DNA from: Limnothrix sp. BL-A-16
Lineage (GTDB): Bacteria > Cyanobacteriota > Cyanobacteriia > CACIAM-69d
Direction: 5' to 3'
DNA: 64,000 nucleotides
NCBI GenBank assembly: GCA_041937175.2
Contig: CP166615.1
Coordinates: 3,040,001 to 3,104,000 of the forward strand
The notes below the pieces were generated by a model. That model was not told the DNA's origin. It worked only from the letters and a program-made list of their open reading frames with translations, and did not search any database. This document shows positions 25,704-36,542 of the stretch, one piece after another. The position numbers were made by a program, and so were the translations under genes. Positions within the stretch are counted from its first letter, which is position 1; each line of letters begins with the position of its first letter.

Positions 25704-27920
25704 ATGCGTGTTTTGCGTTTGATGATCCTGTGGCCAGTGCTGGCTGCAAGTGCCGCGATCGTCTCGGTGACCAGTCCAGCAGCCCGGGCGACAGAACCAC
25801 CCACGGCAACGGAATCGGCAGCAGCATCAACGGCGGAATCGGCAACGAAGCCAACCACGGACTCGGCCTTGGCCACCCAGTCAACGGCGGAGCCAGCGGC
25901 GGAATCCGTGGCCATGACTCCGGAGTTGTCGCCGGTTTCCCCAACGGTCACGGCCCATCCTGTGCCACCCGCCCCGATCGCGGTGGCCGCCGGCCCGACA
26001 GCACCAACCCCAACGGCCAACCCGGTCAACGGCCCGATCGCCACCGGGACTGAACCCCCCAGCACCCAGCGCCAACCCGGGTCGATCGCCCAAGGGGAAC
26101 CCGCCCCCAGCCCAGCCACCGAAGAACCCGCCGCCCCTGAGCAAACCCCAACCGAAGCCAGAGTTCTGGTTGCGGAAGTGGTTGTGGCCGGCGCAGAAGC
26201 CGCCTTGCAAGAGGAGGTTTACAAAGTCATTCGCACCCGGCCAGGTCAAACGGCCACCCGCAGCCAACTGCAAGAGGACATTAACCGCATTTTTGCCACG
26301 GGGCTATTCGCCAACGTGCGTGCCGTACCGGACGACACCCCCTTGGGGGTACGGGTCACCTTTGAGGTCACCCCCAACCCGGTTTTACAAGCAGTGCAGA
26401 TCGAAGGATCCACGGTGCTGCCAGCCACGGAAATTGATCGCATCTTCAGCCCCCTGTATGGCTCCACCCTGAACCTGAACAAGCTGCAAGAGTCGATCAA
26501 ACAGCTCACCCAGTGGTATCAGTCCAATGGCTATGTGCTGGCCCAAGTGGTGGGATCGCCGCGCGTGGGTCGAGATGGCAACGTGACCCTGGAAGTGGCG
26601 GAAGGGCAAATTGAAGACATCAACATCACCTTCCTGAACGACGAGGGCAAACCCACCAACGAAGACGGCACAACGGTCACCGGCCGCACCCGCGATTTCA
26701 TTGTGTTCCGCGAAATGGACACCAAACCGGGCGCAGTGTTTAACCGTGATCAGATTCAGAAGGATTTGCGGCGCGTCTTTGGGCTGGGCATTTTTGAAGA
26801 TGTGCAGTTGACCCTCAATCCCGGCACGGATCCGCGCAAGGTGGATGTGTCGGTGAATCTTCAGGAGAAAAACACCGCCGTTTTGGGAACGGAAGTGGGC
26901 TTCAGCTCCACCAGCGGCATCTTTGGTTCCGTCAGCTTCCAGGAACAAAACCTGGGAGGCAATAACCAAAAGCTGGGCGCAGAAGTGCAACTGTCGGAGC
27001 GGGGTTTGGGCTTTGACCTCAGCTTCACGGATCCTTGGATTGCGGGTGACCCCAACCGAACGTCCTACACAGTAAACCTCTACAAGCGGCGATCGATCTC
27101 GCTGATTTTTGATGGGGGTGAGCGGGAAGTGGAGTTGGACAATGGCGATCTGCCTCGGGTCGATCGCACCGGGGGGCGCGTGGTCTTTAGCCGGCCCCTG
27201 TCCAGCACCTGGAGCGGCTCCTTGGGGGCAGAGTTCCAGCATGTGCGCATTGTCGATCGCGATGGCGACCTCAGCCCCGAAGACGAAGACGGCAACCAAC
27301 TGGCCTTCAACGAGGACGGCAAGGACGACATCTTCACCCTGCAACTGGCCCTGACCAACGATCGCCGGAACGATCGAGTCACCCCCACCCAAGGCTCCTT
27401 CTTCCGGGTGGGTCTGGATCAAGCCATTCCCATTACCGGTATTTTCTTCACCCGACTGCGGGCCAACTACAGCCGCTATTTCCCGGTGGAATTCACCAAG
27501 TTCACCAACGGCCCCGAAACGATCGCCGTGAACCTGCAAGCGGGCGGCGTGTTTGGGGACTTGCCTCCCTATGAAGCTTTCCCCCTGGGCGGCACCAACT
27601 CCGTGCGCGGGTTTGATGAAGGCGAGGTGGGCAGCGGTCGCTACTTCTTCCAATCTTCGGTGGAATATCGCTTCCCGCTGTTGAAGGTGACGGAACAAAT
27701 TCCCGTGGGCGGCGTGCTGTTCCTGGACTTTGCCACCGACCTTGGCTCCGGGGAAGATGTGCCCGGGCAACCGGCCGTTGTGCGTGAAAAGCCCGGTTGG
27801 GGTGTGGGCTATGGGGTTGGGCTGCGGGCCCGCACCCCGTTTGGCCCCATCCGGCTGGATTATGGCTGGAACAGCGAGGGCGGCAATCGACTGCACTTTG
27901 GTATCGGTGAGCGGTTCTAG
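25704..27920 (+). CDS. bamA: Omp85/BamA outer membrane protein assembly factor
   Basis: Signal peptide, Pro/Thr/Ala-rich linker, POTRA-like repeats, [20 protein letters not shown] and C-terminal HFGIGERF. Confidence 0.93.
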   Translation: MRVLRLMILWPVLAASAAIVSVTSPAARATEPPTATESAAASTAESATKPTTDSALATQSTAEPAAESVAMTPELSPVSPTVTAHPVPPAPIAVAAGPTAPTPTANPVNGPIATGTEPPSTQRQPGSIAQGEPAPSPATEEPAAPEQTPTEARVLVAEVVVAGAEAALQEEVYKVIRTRPGQTATRSQLQEDINRIFATGLFANVRAVPDDTPLGVRVTFEVTPNPVLQAVQIEGSTVLPATEIDRIFSPLYGSTLNLNKLQESIKQLTQWYQSNGYVLAQVVGSPRVGRDGNVTLEVAEGQIEDINITFLNDEGKPTNEDGTTVTGRTRDFIVFREMDTKPGAVFNRDQIQKDLRRVFGLGIFEDVQLTLNPGTDPRKVDVSVNLQEKNTAVLGTEVGFSSTSGIFGSVSFQEQNLGGNNQKLGAEVQLSERGLGFDLSFTDPWIAGDPNRTSYTVNLYKRRSISLIFDGGEREVELDNGDLPRVDRTGGRVVFSRPLSSTWSGSLGAEFQHVRIVDRDGDLSPEDEDGNQLAFNEDGKDDIFTLQLALTNDRRNDRVTPTQGSFFRVGLDQAIPITGIFFTRLRANYSRYFPVEFTKFTNGPETIAVNLQAGGVFGDLPPYEAFPLGGTNSVRGFDEGEVGSGRYFFQSSVEYRFPLLKVTEQIPVGGVLFLDFATDLGSGEDVPGQPAVVREKPGWGVGYGVGLRARTPFGPIRLDYGWNSEGGNRLHFGIGERF

Positions 27921-27925
27921 GGGCG

Positions 27926-28963
27926 ATGCAAAGGGAATTACCAACAGCATTAGAACCAGAACTGCAAACGGAACCCCAACCGGAACCCGCAATGGTTGGG
28001 CCGTCCTCGGAGGCCATGGCGATCGCGCCGGAGATCCAGTGCCCGATCGCCCCCCTGCGCACCCTAGGCCAGGCCTTTAGTCGATCGGGCGTGGGGCTGC
28101 ACTCCGGATTGCCTGTGACCCTGTGGGTACAGCCCAGCTTGGAACCGGGCATTCGGTTTGTGCGCACGGATTTGCCCGATCGCCCGGTCATTCCCGCGCG
28201 TTGGGATTTGGTTTCTCAAACGCAACTGTCCACCGAGGTGCGATCGCCCCAAGATCCGCAGGCCACCGTCCGCACGATCGAACACCTGATGGCCGCCTTG
28301 GTGGCCTGTGGCGTGGGGGCAGCCCAAGTGGAAATTAATGGGCCCGAAGTGCCCCTGTTGGACGGTTCGGCCATTGAGTGGTGTCGGGCGATCGCCCTGG
28401 CCGGTCTGCGCCCATTGCCAAGCACCCGATCGCCAGCAATCGATCAGGAAACCATTGCCGAACCCCTTTGGATCCATGAGGGCGATGCTTTTGTGGCGGC
28501 CTTGCCCGCCGCAGAACTGCGATTTAGCTATGGGATTGACTTTGCCCTACCGGCAATCGGCAACCAATGGCACAGTTGGTCACCCGGGGAAACCTTCTGC
28601 CCGATCGAGCCGGAACCCCAACCCGGCTCCTTTGCCCACGACATTGCCCCCGCCCGCACCTTTGGCCTAGCCCACCAAATTGAACAACTGCGGGCCGCCA
28701 ATCTGATCCGAGGCGGCAGCCTGGATAATGCCTTGGTCTGTGGCGAAGCGGGCTGGCTGAATCCGCCCTTGCGGTATGAAAATGAGCCAGCGCGTCATAA
28801 AATCTTAGACTTAGTTGGCGACTTGGCCTTGCTCGGAGCCATTCCGCGCGCCCATTACTTGGCCTACAAAGCCAGCCATCGTCTTCATGGGCAACTGGTG
28901 ACCAAACTGGCGGCAGTGATCGGCAATGGGTCATCGATCGAAAGTCGGTCGGCAATTGATTGA
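27926..28963 (+). CDS. lpxC: UDP-3-O-acyl-GlcNAc deacetylase
   Basis: [40 protein letters not shown] and [11 protein letters not shown] motifs. Exact start uncertain. Confidence 0.95.
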   Translation: MQRELPTALEPELQTEPQPEPAMVGPSSEAMAIAPEIQCPIAPLRTLGQAFSRSGVGLHSGLPVTLWVQPSLEPGIRFVRTDLPDRPVIPARWDLVSQTQLSTEVRSPQDPQATVRTIEHLMAALVACGVGAAQVEINGPEVPLLDGSAIEWCRAIALAGLRPLPSTRSPAIDQETIAEPLWIHEGDAFVAALPAAELRFSYGIDFALPAIGNQWHSWSPGETFCPIEPEPQPGSFAHDIAPARTFGLAHQIEQLRAANLIRGGSLDNALVCGEAGWLNPPLRYENEPARHKILDLVGDLALLGAIPRAHYLAYKASHRLHGQLVTKLAAVIGNGSSIESRSAID

Positions 28964-29198
28964 TCAAAAATTGATTGATCAAAAGTCGATCAGTCATCGA
29001 TCAAACCTGGATCGGAACCCGATCGGCAATGAGTCCTCGACAATCAGCGCCAACCCAGGGTCCCGTCATTGCTCAGTCAACACCCATCCAATTGCCCAGC
29101 AGCGGATAGGCACGCCCATCCCTCGCAGGAGTTCGTGACCATCCGTGGTTTTGCCCGCTCGATCGCCCACTGGCCCGTTGTTTAGGTTGTAAAGTCCT

Positions 29199-29723
29199 AT
29201 GTCCACTGTTTCTGCTCCAGAACCCGTTGTCACCGCCCAGACCCAGGACACAACCACAACGGATCAGACCGATCGCCCCGCTGGGCCCACCACCTTCACC
29301 GTTGAAGACATTCACCGGCTGCTGCCCCACCGCTACCCCTTCGCCTTGGTCGATCGAATCATCGACTATGTTCCCGGTAAGCGGGCCGTGGGGCTAAAAA
29401 ATGTCACCTTCAATGAACCCCACTTCCAAGGCCACTTCCCCAATCGCCCGATCATGCCAGGGGTGCTGATTGTGGAAGCCATGGCTCAGGTGGGCGGCGT
29501 GGTGCTCACCCAAATGCAAGACAACCCCGGTCAAGGATTGTTCATGTTTGGGGGCATTGACAAGGTGCGCTTCCGTCGGCCCGTGGTTCCCGGCGATCAA
29601 CTGATCATGACCGTCGAACTGCTTTGGGTGAAGCAAAAACGCTTCGGCAAAATGCACGGCCGGGCGGAAGTGGAAGGGCAACTGGCCTGTGAGGGCGAGT
29701 TGATGTTCTCCCTGGTGGACTAG
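29199..29723 (+). CDS. fabZ: 3-hydroxyacyl-ACP dehydratase
   Basis: [27 protein letters not shown] and [12 protein letters not shown] motifs. Confidence 0.97.
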   Translation: MSTVSAPEPVVTAQTQDTTTTDQTDRPAGPTTFTVEDIHRLLPHRYPFALVDRIIDYVPGKRAVGLKNVTFNEPHFQGHFPNRPIMPGVLIVEAMAQVGGVVLTQMQDNPGQGLFMFGGIDKVRFRRPVVPGDQLIMTVELLWVKQKRFGKMHGRAEVEGQLACEGELMFSLVD

Positions 29724-29802
29724 CGGACTAGTTGACGAACTAGACTTTTCAGCATTGGCTAAACGTATTAGTGTGTCAGGGCAGCGCGATCGCACCGATC
29801 CC

Positions 29803-30627
29803 ATGAAAGCAGCGATTCATCCGACGGCGATCGTTCATCCCGACGCAGAACTCCATCCCACGGTGACAGTCGGCCCCTATGCCGTCATTGGCCCCGCCGT
29901 TTCGATCGGGGCCGAAACTCAGATTGGCCCCCATGTGATCCTTGACGGTTACACCATCTTGGGGGAACGAAACCAAATTTTTGCAGGAGCCGCGATCGGC
30001 ACAGAGCCTCAAGATCGCAAATATCAAGGGGCCCTCAGCCAAACCATCATTGGCAACGACAACAAAATTCGCGAGTACGTGACCATCAACCGCGCCACCC
30101 ACGAAGGGGAAGTGACCCAAGTAGGGGACGGGAACCTGTTGATGGCCTACAGCCACGTGGCCCACAACTGCCTGATTGAAGATGGGGTGGTGATTGCCAA
30201 TGGGGTGGCCTTGGCGGGCCATGTGACGATCGAGTCGCGGGCCACCATTGGCGGCGTGTTGGGAGTTCATCAATTTGTCAGAATTGGCCGGTTGGCCATG
30301 GTCGGCGGCATGAGCCGGATCGATCGGGATGTGCCGCCGTTTATGTTGGTGGAGGGCAGTCCCGGCCGGGTGCGCACCTTGAACCGCGTGGGGCTAAAGC
30401 GGGCCGGCTATGACGAGCTAGACAACGGCCTGACCACCCAAACCCTAAACAAGGCCTTTCGGATTTTGTATCGTTCTGAAGCCACGCTGGAGCAAGCCCT
30501 TGAGGAGCTAATGTTGCTGCCCTCCTGCGAAGCACTGCAACACTTAATTCGGTTTTTGCAGCAGTCTAAGGCGGGACGGCGGGGCCCGATGACCGGCCGC
30601 AAACCACCCCGCAGCAGCCATGACTAA
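29803..30627 (+). CDS. lpxA: UDP-N-acetylglucosamine O-acyltransferase
   Basis: IHPTAIV, hexapeptide repeats, PQDRKY, IREYVTINRAT, HVAHNC, LAGHV and VHQF motifs. Overlaps the lpxB start. Confidence 0.95.
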   Translation: MKAAIHPTAIVHPDAELHPTVTVGPYAVIGPAVSIGAETQIGPHVILDGYTILGERNQIFAGAAIGTEPQDRKYQGALSQTIIGNDNKIREYVTINRATHEGEVTQVGDGNLLMAYSHVAHNCLIEDGVVIANGVALAGHVTIESRATIGGVLGVHQFVRIGRLAMVGGMSRIDRDVPPFMLVEGSPGRVRTLNRVGLKRAGYDELDNGLTTQTLNKAFRILYRSEATLEQALEELMLLPSCEALQHLIRFLQQSKAGRRGPMTGRKPPRSSHD

Positions 30628-31798
30628 ATTGGGAACGCCCGATCGACCCTTGCGGATTTTTCTGAGCACAGGGGAAGTGTCTGGGGACTTGCAGGGGGCC
30701 CTGCTGATCCAGGCCTTGCAACGGGCGGCAGCGGCTCGGGGTCAGGTTTTGGAAATTACGGCGCTCGGGGGGCCACGCATGGCGGCGGCGGGGGCCCGGC
30801 TGATTTTTGATACAAGTGCGATCGGCTCGATCGGCCTTTGGGAAGCTCTGCCCTTCGTGATTCCGACCCTGAAGCTTCAGTGGCAAACCAAGGCCACCCT
30901 CCGCCAGCAGCCGCCCGATGTGGCCGTTTTTATTGACTACATTGGCCCCAATTTGACCATGGGCCATTTCTTTAAGCGCCAATTGCCCCAAGTGCCCACC
31001 GCTTACTACATTGCGCCCCAAGAGTGGGTGTGGTCCTTGGGCGATCGCAACACCACGCAGGTGGTGGGGCTGACGGATGTGATTCTGGCGATTTTTCCCC
31101 AGGAAGCCACCTACTATCAGCGTTATGGAGCCGCCGTGAAGTGGATTGGGCATCCGTTGATCGATCGCCTGGCCCAAGCCCCCGATCGGGCCGCCGCCCG
31201 CCAACATTGGGGACTGAGCGCCGATGAATTGGCCGTGGTGTTGCTGCCGGCTTCTCGTCGCCAAGAGCTGAAACTCTTGATGCCCAGCCTTTTTGCGGCC
31301 GCTCGCCAAGTGCAGGATCATCACCCCAAGGCTCGGTTCTTGATTCCGGTTTCTCTGCCCGCCTACCAACCCGCCATTGAACAGGCGATCGCTGAATTTG
31401 GTCTCCAGGCGGAAATTGTCGGTGATAGCTTGCTGGCCATGGCCGCCGCCGACTTAGCCTTGACCAAATCCGGCACGGTGAATCTAGAGTTGGCGCTGTT
31501 GAAAGTGCCGCAGGTGGTGATTTACAAAGTCAGTCCGATCACCGCTTGGATTGCCCGTCACCTGCTGAAGTTTTCAATTACATTCATGTCACCGCCCAAT
31601 TTGGTGGCCGAACAGGCGATCGTCCCGGAGCTGATGCAAGAACAGGCCAGCCCCGATCGAATTGCCCAAGAGGCGATCGCCCTGCTGCAACCCGATCGGG
31701 CCGCCCAGCTTCAGCAGGACTACCAAGCCATGCGCGATCGGCTCGGGGGCGACGGCGCAACCGATCGGGCGGCCCAGGAAATTTTGAACCTGATTTAA
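30620..31798 (+). CDS. lpxB: Lipid-A-disaccharide synthase
   Basis: STGEVSGDLQG, YYIAPQEWVW, GHPL, LLPASRRQE and KSGTVNLE motifs. Confidence 0.95.
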   Translation: MTKLGTPDRPLRIFLSTGEVSGDLQGALLIQALQRAAAARGQVLEITALGGPRMAAAGARLIFDTSAIGSIGLWEALPFVIPTLKLQWQTKATLRQQPPDVAVFIDYIGPNLTMGHFFKRQLPQVPTAYYIAPQEWVWSLGDRNTTQVVGLTDVILAIFPQEATYYQRYGAAVKWIGHPLIDRLAQAPDRAAARQHWGLSADELAVVLLPASRRQELKLLMPSLFAAARQVQDHHPKARFLIPVSLPAYQPAIEQAIAEFGLQAEIVGDSLLAMAAADLALTKSGTVNLELALLKVPQVVIYKVSPITAWIARHLLKFSITFMSPPNLVAEQAIVPELMQEQASPDRIAQEAIALLQPDRAAQLQQDYQAMRDRLGGDGATDRAAQEILNLI

Positions 31799-31840
31799 GC
31801 GCTCCTAGCTTGCAGGCATTATGGGCAGCAACCGCAGCCT

Positions 31841-32467
31841 TTAATGCTCAAAGATATTGTCATATTGCAGCAAATCGAGTTGCACGATCGTTTGGAGAGC
31901 CACAAAGCATTGTTGGGCCAATTCCCAACGTTCTTCACGCTGCAACATTGCCACTAATTTCTGTTGGGCATTGAGCAAATAGCGCACATCATTGGAAGCA
32001 TATTCCAATTGCGCCACCGATAAATTCACCGCATTTCCCCAATCGGAACTCTGTTGGCGTTTATCCAACTCCACCCCCTCCAGTTCATTAATCAGGTCTT
32101 TGAGACCATGCTTGGGACTGTAGGTACGGGCTAATTTACTAGCAATCTTGGTGCAAAAAATGGGGTTCGTGGCAATGTCCAGGTGGTATTGCAACATAGC
32201 CACATCAAAGCGGGCAAAGTGGAAAACCTTTTCGATCGCCTCATTTTCCAAAAGCTGCTTCAAGTTTGGTGCAACAGTCTGTCCTCGGGCAATTCGCACC
32301 ACGGCCACTTGCCCCGCCGAATTACAAATTTGTACCAAACAGAGGCGATCGCGCCAGGGTTTAAGGCCCATGGTTTCCGTATCGATCGCCAGGGCAGAGG
32401 CTTGGCAATAGTCAGCGAGGGACTCCGCTGATAAGTCTTGTTCAAAAACCTGAAAATTTTCTAGCAT
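31841..32467 (-). CDS. rnd: Ribonuclease D-like 3'-5' exonuclease (DEDDy)
   Basis: AIDTETMGL, RDRLCLVQ, FHFARFD, CTKIAS, QQSSDW and YASND motifs. Confidence 0.88.
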   Translation of the reverse strand: MLENFQVFEQDLSAESLADYCQASALAIDTETMGLKPWRDRLCLVQICNSAGQVAVVRIARGQTVAPNLKQLLENEAIEKVFHFARFDVAMLQYHLDIATNPIFCTKIASKLARTYSPKHGLKDLINELEGVELDKRQQSSDWGNAVNLSVAQLEYASNDVRYLLNAQQKLVAMLQREERWELAQQCFVALQTIVQLDLLQYDNIFEH

Positions 32468-32804
32468 TTTCCTCAAGAATCACGGACTAAATGAGTGTTA
32501 CTCAAATCAGCATTAATTGAACTGGCACTAACCCGATTTATTGGACATTAACCCAATTGCAGCCTTTTCCTGAAACCATGGTTACGTTCCATCACAGATG
32601 CCATGAATCAGCGATTAGGTAGACCATGATTAACCCAGGAGGGCACTCAATTCGCACTAGTCAGCTTGGTACTCGCCAACTCGAAATTCACAAAATTGGC
32701 AATCCCCAAATTAGCATTAACCCAATGGGCAATTCGCAAATTAACATTATTCAATTAGCAGAATTAACTCAATCTAAAGAAATAGCCTGCTCATCCACCC
32801 ATAG

Positions 32805-32943
32805 GAGGATGTCTGAAAAGCCAAAATTGCTACTCTGTCCGCTCCAGTGCTCAACTTAGACAAGGGGCTTGAGCATCTTGCCCCCACAACTACACAACTA
32901 TTGGTGTTTGGCACAGACCAAAAGATACTTTTCAAACATCCTC
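32805..32943. mobile_element. MITE-like element, shell type B (copy 1)
   Basis: TIRs GAGGATGTCTGAAAAG / CTTTTCAAACATCCTC with TAG/TAA flanks. Core is the variant CAAGGGGCTTGAGCATCTTG. Colinear with 38575-38704. Confidence 0.8.
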
Positions 32944-33183
32944 TAAGCGCCTCAAGCTAGCACACAGAGCAAACACCCAGAAATAGCCTGATCCAAATTC
33001 CGAAACCCCGGTGCTCGCGCTGCAATCCTGAACAATCAAGCCCTTGAGTTGCGAGTCAACTTCTGGCCGAGGGTTAAATAACGGCTGATTTTTTGGCCTT
33101 GGGCCCATGGCGCGGATGAATATCCCTAGAATGGGGGCGTAGTTTTTGCTGCAATCGTCTAGCACGCGCCCCAGTGGTTCAGT

Positions 33184-34308
33184 ATGGATGCTTCGGATAG
33201 GGCTAAGAAGGCTGAATCGAACCAAACTGCCAAGCCTTCCTCGGCGGCGGGAGCGGGCCCCCAAGTGTCAAAACGCACGCGCCCCGATCGCGCTTCCGAG
33301 TTGGAAGCTGGCTTGCTGACAGTGGTGGGGAGCGCCGAAGTGCCGGAAGCGGTGCGCGATGCGAATCAACAGGCGGTGAATGGGCCAGCGCGGCCCCAGG
33401 GGCGGCCCTGGCTCGGTATTTTGGGGGGATTGTTGGGCCTCGGAGCGATCACGGCGGGCGGTTTTGCCTACCTTTGGTCAGCGCGGCAGTTGCCCAATGC
33501 CTGGCAGGCTCGCTTAGACCAAATGATCGGTAGCACCCCCAGCCCCACGGCTCCCGCCAGCCCTACGCCAGATCCCAACTCCCTGTTGGGCCATTTGCCC
33601 TACGAAGAAGCACCCCAATCGGAACTTAGCCCCATTGGTAACGATGGCCAAATGCGATTGCGGCGATCGGCGGCTCGGGCCTATCGCTCCATGGCCGCTG
33701 CGGCGCGGGCGGATGGGGTGAGTTTGGTGGTGCTGTCGGCGTTTCGCTCCGTGGAACAGCAACAGTCCGTGTTTTTTAATATCAAGGCTGCCCGCAACCA
33801 AGCGGCCACCAAACGGGCTGAAGTGAGTGCGCCCCCTGGCTATAGCGAACACCACACGGGCTATGCGGTGGATATTGGGGATGCCAATGCACCTTCAACC
33901 AATTTGAATCAGAACTTTGAACAAACGAGGGCTTTTCGCTGGCTGGCGGATCATGCGGCTCGGTTTAATTTCGAGTTGTCGTTTCCAGAGGGCAATCGTC
34001 AAGGCGTGTCCTATGAACCTTGGCATTGGCGCTTTGTGGGCGATCGCCACAGTCTGGAAACCTTCTATAAGGCTCGTCAGCAAGAGACTGGGAGATCGGG
34101 AAGTAGCCCTGCTGGAGCTGAAGTTCTTGAATCTACGCCGACTCCAACCGATCGCCCCAATTCGTCCTCTGAGTCTGATGAGGTAGACTCCCCGATCGAG
34201 TCGCGTCCCGATGCGGTGGATCAGCAAGATCGCGAAAGCCAGGATTCTAATAACTCGCAGCCTAATAACTCGCAGCCCTCTCCCCGCTCTCTCATCGATC
34301 GCTCCTAG
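33184..34308 (+). CDS. Membrane-anchored D-Ala-D-Ala carboxypeptidase (peptidase M15B/VanY-like)
   Basis: One TM segment, SAFRS, SAPPGYSEHHTGYAVD and YEPWHWRFVG motifs; low-complexity termini. Confidence 0.88.
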   Translation: MDASDRAKKAESNQTAKPSSAAGAGPQVSKRTRPDRASELEAGLLTVVGSAEVPEAVRDANQQAVNGPARPQGRPWLGILGGLLGLGAITAGGFAYLWSARQLPNAWQARLDQMIGSTPSPTAPASPTPDPNSLLGHLPYEEAPQSELSPIGNDGQMRLRRSAARAYRSMAAAARADGVSLVVLSAFRSVEQQQSVFFNIKAARNQAATKRAEVSAPPGYSEHHTGYAVDIGDANAPSTNLNQNFEQTRAFRWLADHAARFNFELSFPEGNRQGVSYEPWHWRFVGDRHSLETFYKARQQETGRSGSSPAGAEVLESTPTPTDRPNSSSESDEVDSPIESRPDAVDQQDRESQDSNNSQPNNSQPSPRSLIDRS

Positions 34309-34318
34309 TCGATCGCTC

Positions 34319-36301
34319 CTAGATCTTGGGCTTCCGACCCCCAGGCAATCGGAGTTGCACCAAGGGACTGAGGGCGCAACCCCAGAAAAAGGCTTGGCGC
34401 ACCGTGGCCGTGAGGGCGATCGAGGGGTCAGAACTTTGGCGCAATTGTCCTAATTTCAGGGCTTTGTAGCCATTGGCAACCATGATTCGCAGCGCCAACC
34501 CGGGCCAGGCGATCGGGGGGGTAATGATCCGTTTGAGGGCAAACGTAGCCAACCCACAGGCCCGGGCCAGACGAATCAGATAGGCGCGATCGAGCCGCCA
34601 AGCGGGAATTTGGTGATGGGTTTTTAGGCGGGGTGCAAACCAAATTTCCCAGCCCGCACGCGCCAGGTACAGCAAGGGTTCATAATCATCCCCCTGCACG
34701 AATCGACCGGCTAATTTCCCGCTTAATTGGGGTTCCGGGGGCACGGTGGCTAACCAAGCAGCACGATTGACAATCAACGCCGCAGCGGGCGGGAGGCGTA
34801 ACTGCTGGGCCAGGAAGGGGCCGGGGCGGTCAGCAAACTCAGGATAGCTGCGAATGGCTAAATAGCCTTCCAAGTCACGCAGGGCCGGCGGCGGGTCGAT
34901 CGCATAGGCTCCCAAAACCTTGCCCCCAAAGGCCCCAACTTGAGGATGAGCCTCCGCAAAGGCGATCGCCTCCCGTAGCCAGTCCGGTTCCGGCCAGTTG
35001 TCATCGTCCAAAAAGGCCACCCAAGGGGCCGCCGTCAACCGCACGGCCCGTTGTCGGGCAAAGGCAGCTCCCTGGCATGGTTCTTGGCTGATGTGTAAAG
35101 GGCAGCGGTTCCAAGTTTGTTGAATTTGGCGCAGGTGGGCGATCGTTCCGTCACTGCTGTTGTTGTCGATCGCCCAAATTTCCCACCGCAAATCGGGCGG
35201 CATTTCCAACGCTTGGAGCCGATCGAACAGGGCAGGCAGTCGATCGGCTCCGTTGTAAATCGGAATCGCGATCGCAATTTGGGGAGTCCATGGCTGCGAC
35301 GAGCTGGCCGCCAGTTGAGCTGCACGGGCAATGGCTTGGCGATCGCCCCGGTGCTCTCGATCGCGAAACCAGCGACCCATCACCCAAGGACTCGTCAGGG
35401 TGCTGATCAGGAGCGATCGCTCGCAAACCAAGACCGGATCTGACGATCGCCACCCCCCTGGATGTTGCAGCCACCAGCCCAACAACCGACGCAAATCGGA
35501 CAGACCATAGAACCACGGGATGAGGAATCGGCGCGATCGATCCACCCGCAACAGCCGCACCACATAGCGACTCCAGCCAATGCCCTGAGCAAAGGAACGG
35601 AGATAATCGGCCGTGAAGCGGGTTGCCGGGAGCCGGTGACTCATTCGCAATGTGGGGCAGTAGGCTACCCGGTAGCCCGTTCGCTGAAGATAAACCAATG
35701 CTTCCAAATCTTCGGAAGTGAGCCAGGTGTTTCCCGTTCGCCCGCCCAGGATCAACCGAGGTGGCACGGCCGCCAGCCAAGCGGCCCGACGCACCACCAA
35801 CCCCGCAGACGGCGGCAACAGGCCGCGCCCTGGCTCATAGACAAACGGCCGATCGCCCCGATCGACAATCGCAAAGAGCGATCGAATCCGTGCAAACCCC
35901 ACCGGTTCCGGCCCCTCCAAAACCGGCAGGATGCGCCCCCCAAAAGCCCCCACCAGGTTTCGATCGACCCAATCGCTCTGGGCAAACTGCCACGCCTGGG
36001 CTACCCAATCGGGATCCGGCACGGTGTCATCATCCAGAAAAGCCACCCAATCCGCACCCGATCGCACGATCGCCCGTTGCCTGGCAAAGGCCGCGCCCTG
36101 TTGTGGCTCTTGATCCCAATGAATTCGGGCCGATCGAGCTTGGAAGGCGGCCACCACCTCCCGGGTGCGATCGTCACTATTGTTGTCAATCACCCAAATG
36201 TCCCAGTCGATCGCCTGGGTTTCCACCTGGGCCAACAACGCCTCCAGAACGATCGGCAGGCGATCGGCCCCGTTATAGGTCGGAATCGCAACAGTCAGCA
36301 C
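34319..36301 (-). CDS. Tandem two-domain family-2 glycosyltransferase (HpsE-like)
   Basis: Two paralogous GT2 units, each with AIP.YNGADRL, IDNNS, QGAAFARQRA, WVAFLDDD and GAFGG motifs. Confidence 0.85.
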   Translation of the reverse strand: MLTVAIPTYNGADRLPIVLEALLAQVETQAIDWDIWVIDNNSDDRTREVVAAFQARSARIHWDQEPQQGAAFARQRAIVRSGADWVAFLDDDTVPDPDWVAQAWQFAQSDWVDRNLVGAFGGRILPVLEGPEPVGFARIRSLFAIVDRGDRPFVYEPGRGLLPPSAGLVVRRAAWLAAVPPRLILGGRTGNTWLTSEDLEALVYLQRTGYRVAYCPTLRMSHRLPATRFTADYLRSFAQGIGWSRYVVRLLRVDRSRRFLIPWFYGLSDLRRLLGWWLQHPGGWRSSDPVLVCERSLLISTLTSPWVMGRWFRDREHRGDRQAIARAAQLAASSSQPWTPQIAIAIPIYNGADRLPALFDRLQALEMPPDLRWEIWAIDNNSSDGTIAHLRQIQQTWNRCPLHISQEPCQGAAFARQRAVRLTAAPWVAFLDDDNWPEPDWLREAIAFAEAHPQVGAFGGKVLGAYAIDPPPALRDLEGYLAIRSYPEFADRPGPFLAQQLRLPPAAALIVNRAAWLATVPPEPQLSGKLAGRFVQGDDYEPLLYLARAGWEIWFAPRLKTHHQIPAWRLDRAYLIRLARACGLATFALKRIITPPIAWPGLALRIMVANGYKALKLGQLRQSSDPSIALTATVRQAFFWGCALSPLVQLRLPGGRKPKI

Positions 36302-36542
36302 AAATCAGCACAGAATCGAATTAATGGCTACGGCTAGCAGTCTCCAGTATGAGTGATTCGCTTGAAATTGCTCGGGTGGTATCAGGTAATGAACTATTAA
36401 GTGACAGATTGAGCTGGCCGCGAAAGCAATTGCACATTGCCCGTGCCATTTATCCGATCGCCCAGAGGGAGTTGCTGAAGCGGCAAATGACCCGATAGGG
36501 TTGTGTTGCTTTGTTGATCGCCTGTTCTAGCACCCCTTTGCC

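Noticed and set aside
26385..27992. 535-aa antisense ORF
   Set aside because: It shadows bamA on the opposite strand, has no recognisable motifs, and is expected from GC-rich codon bias.
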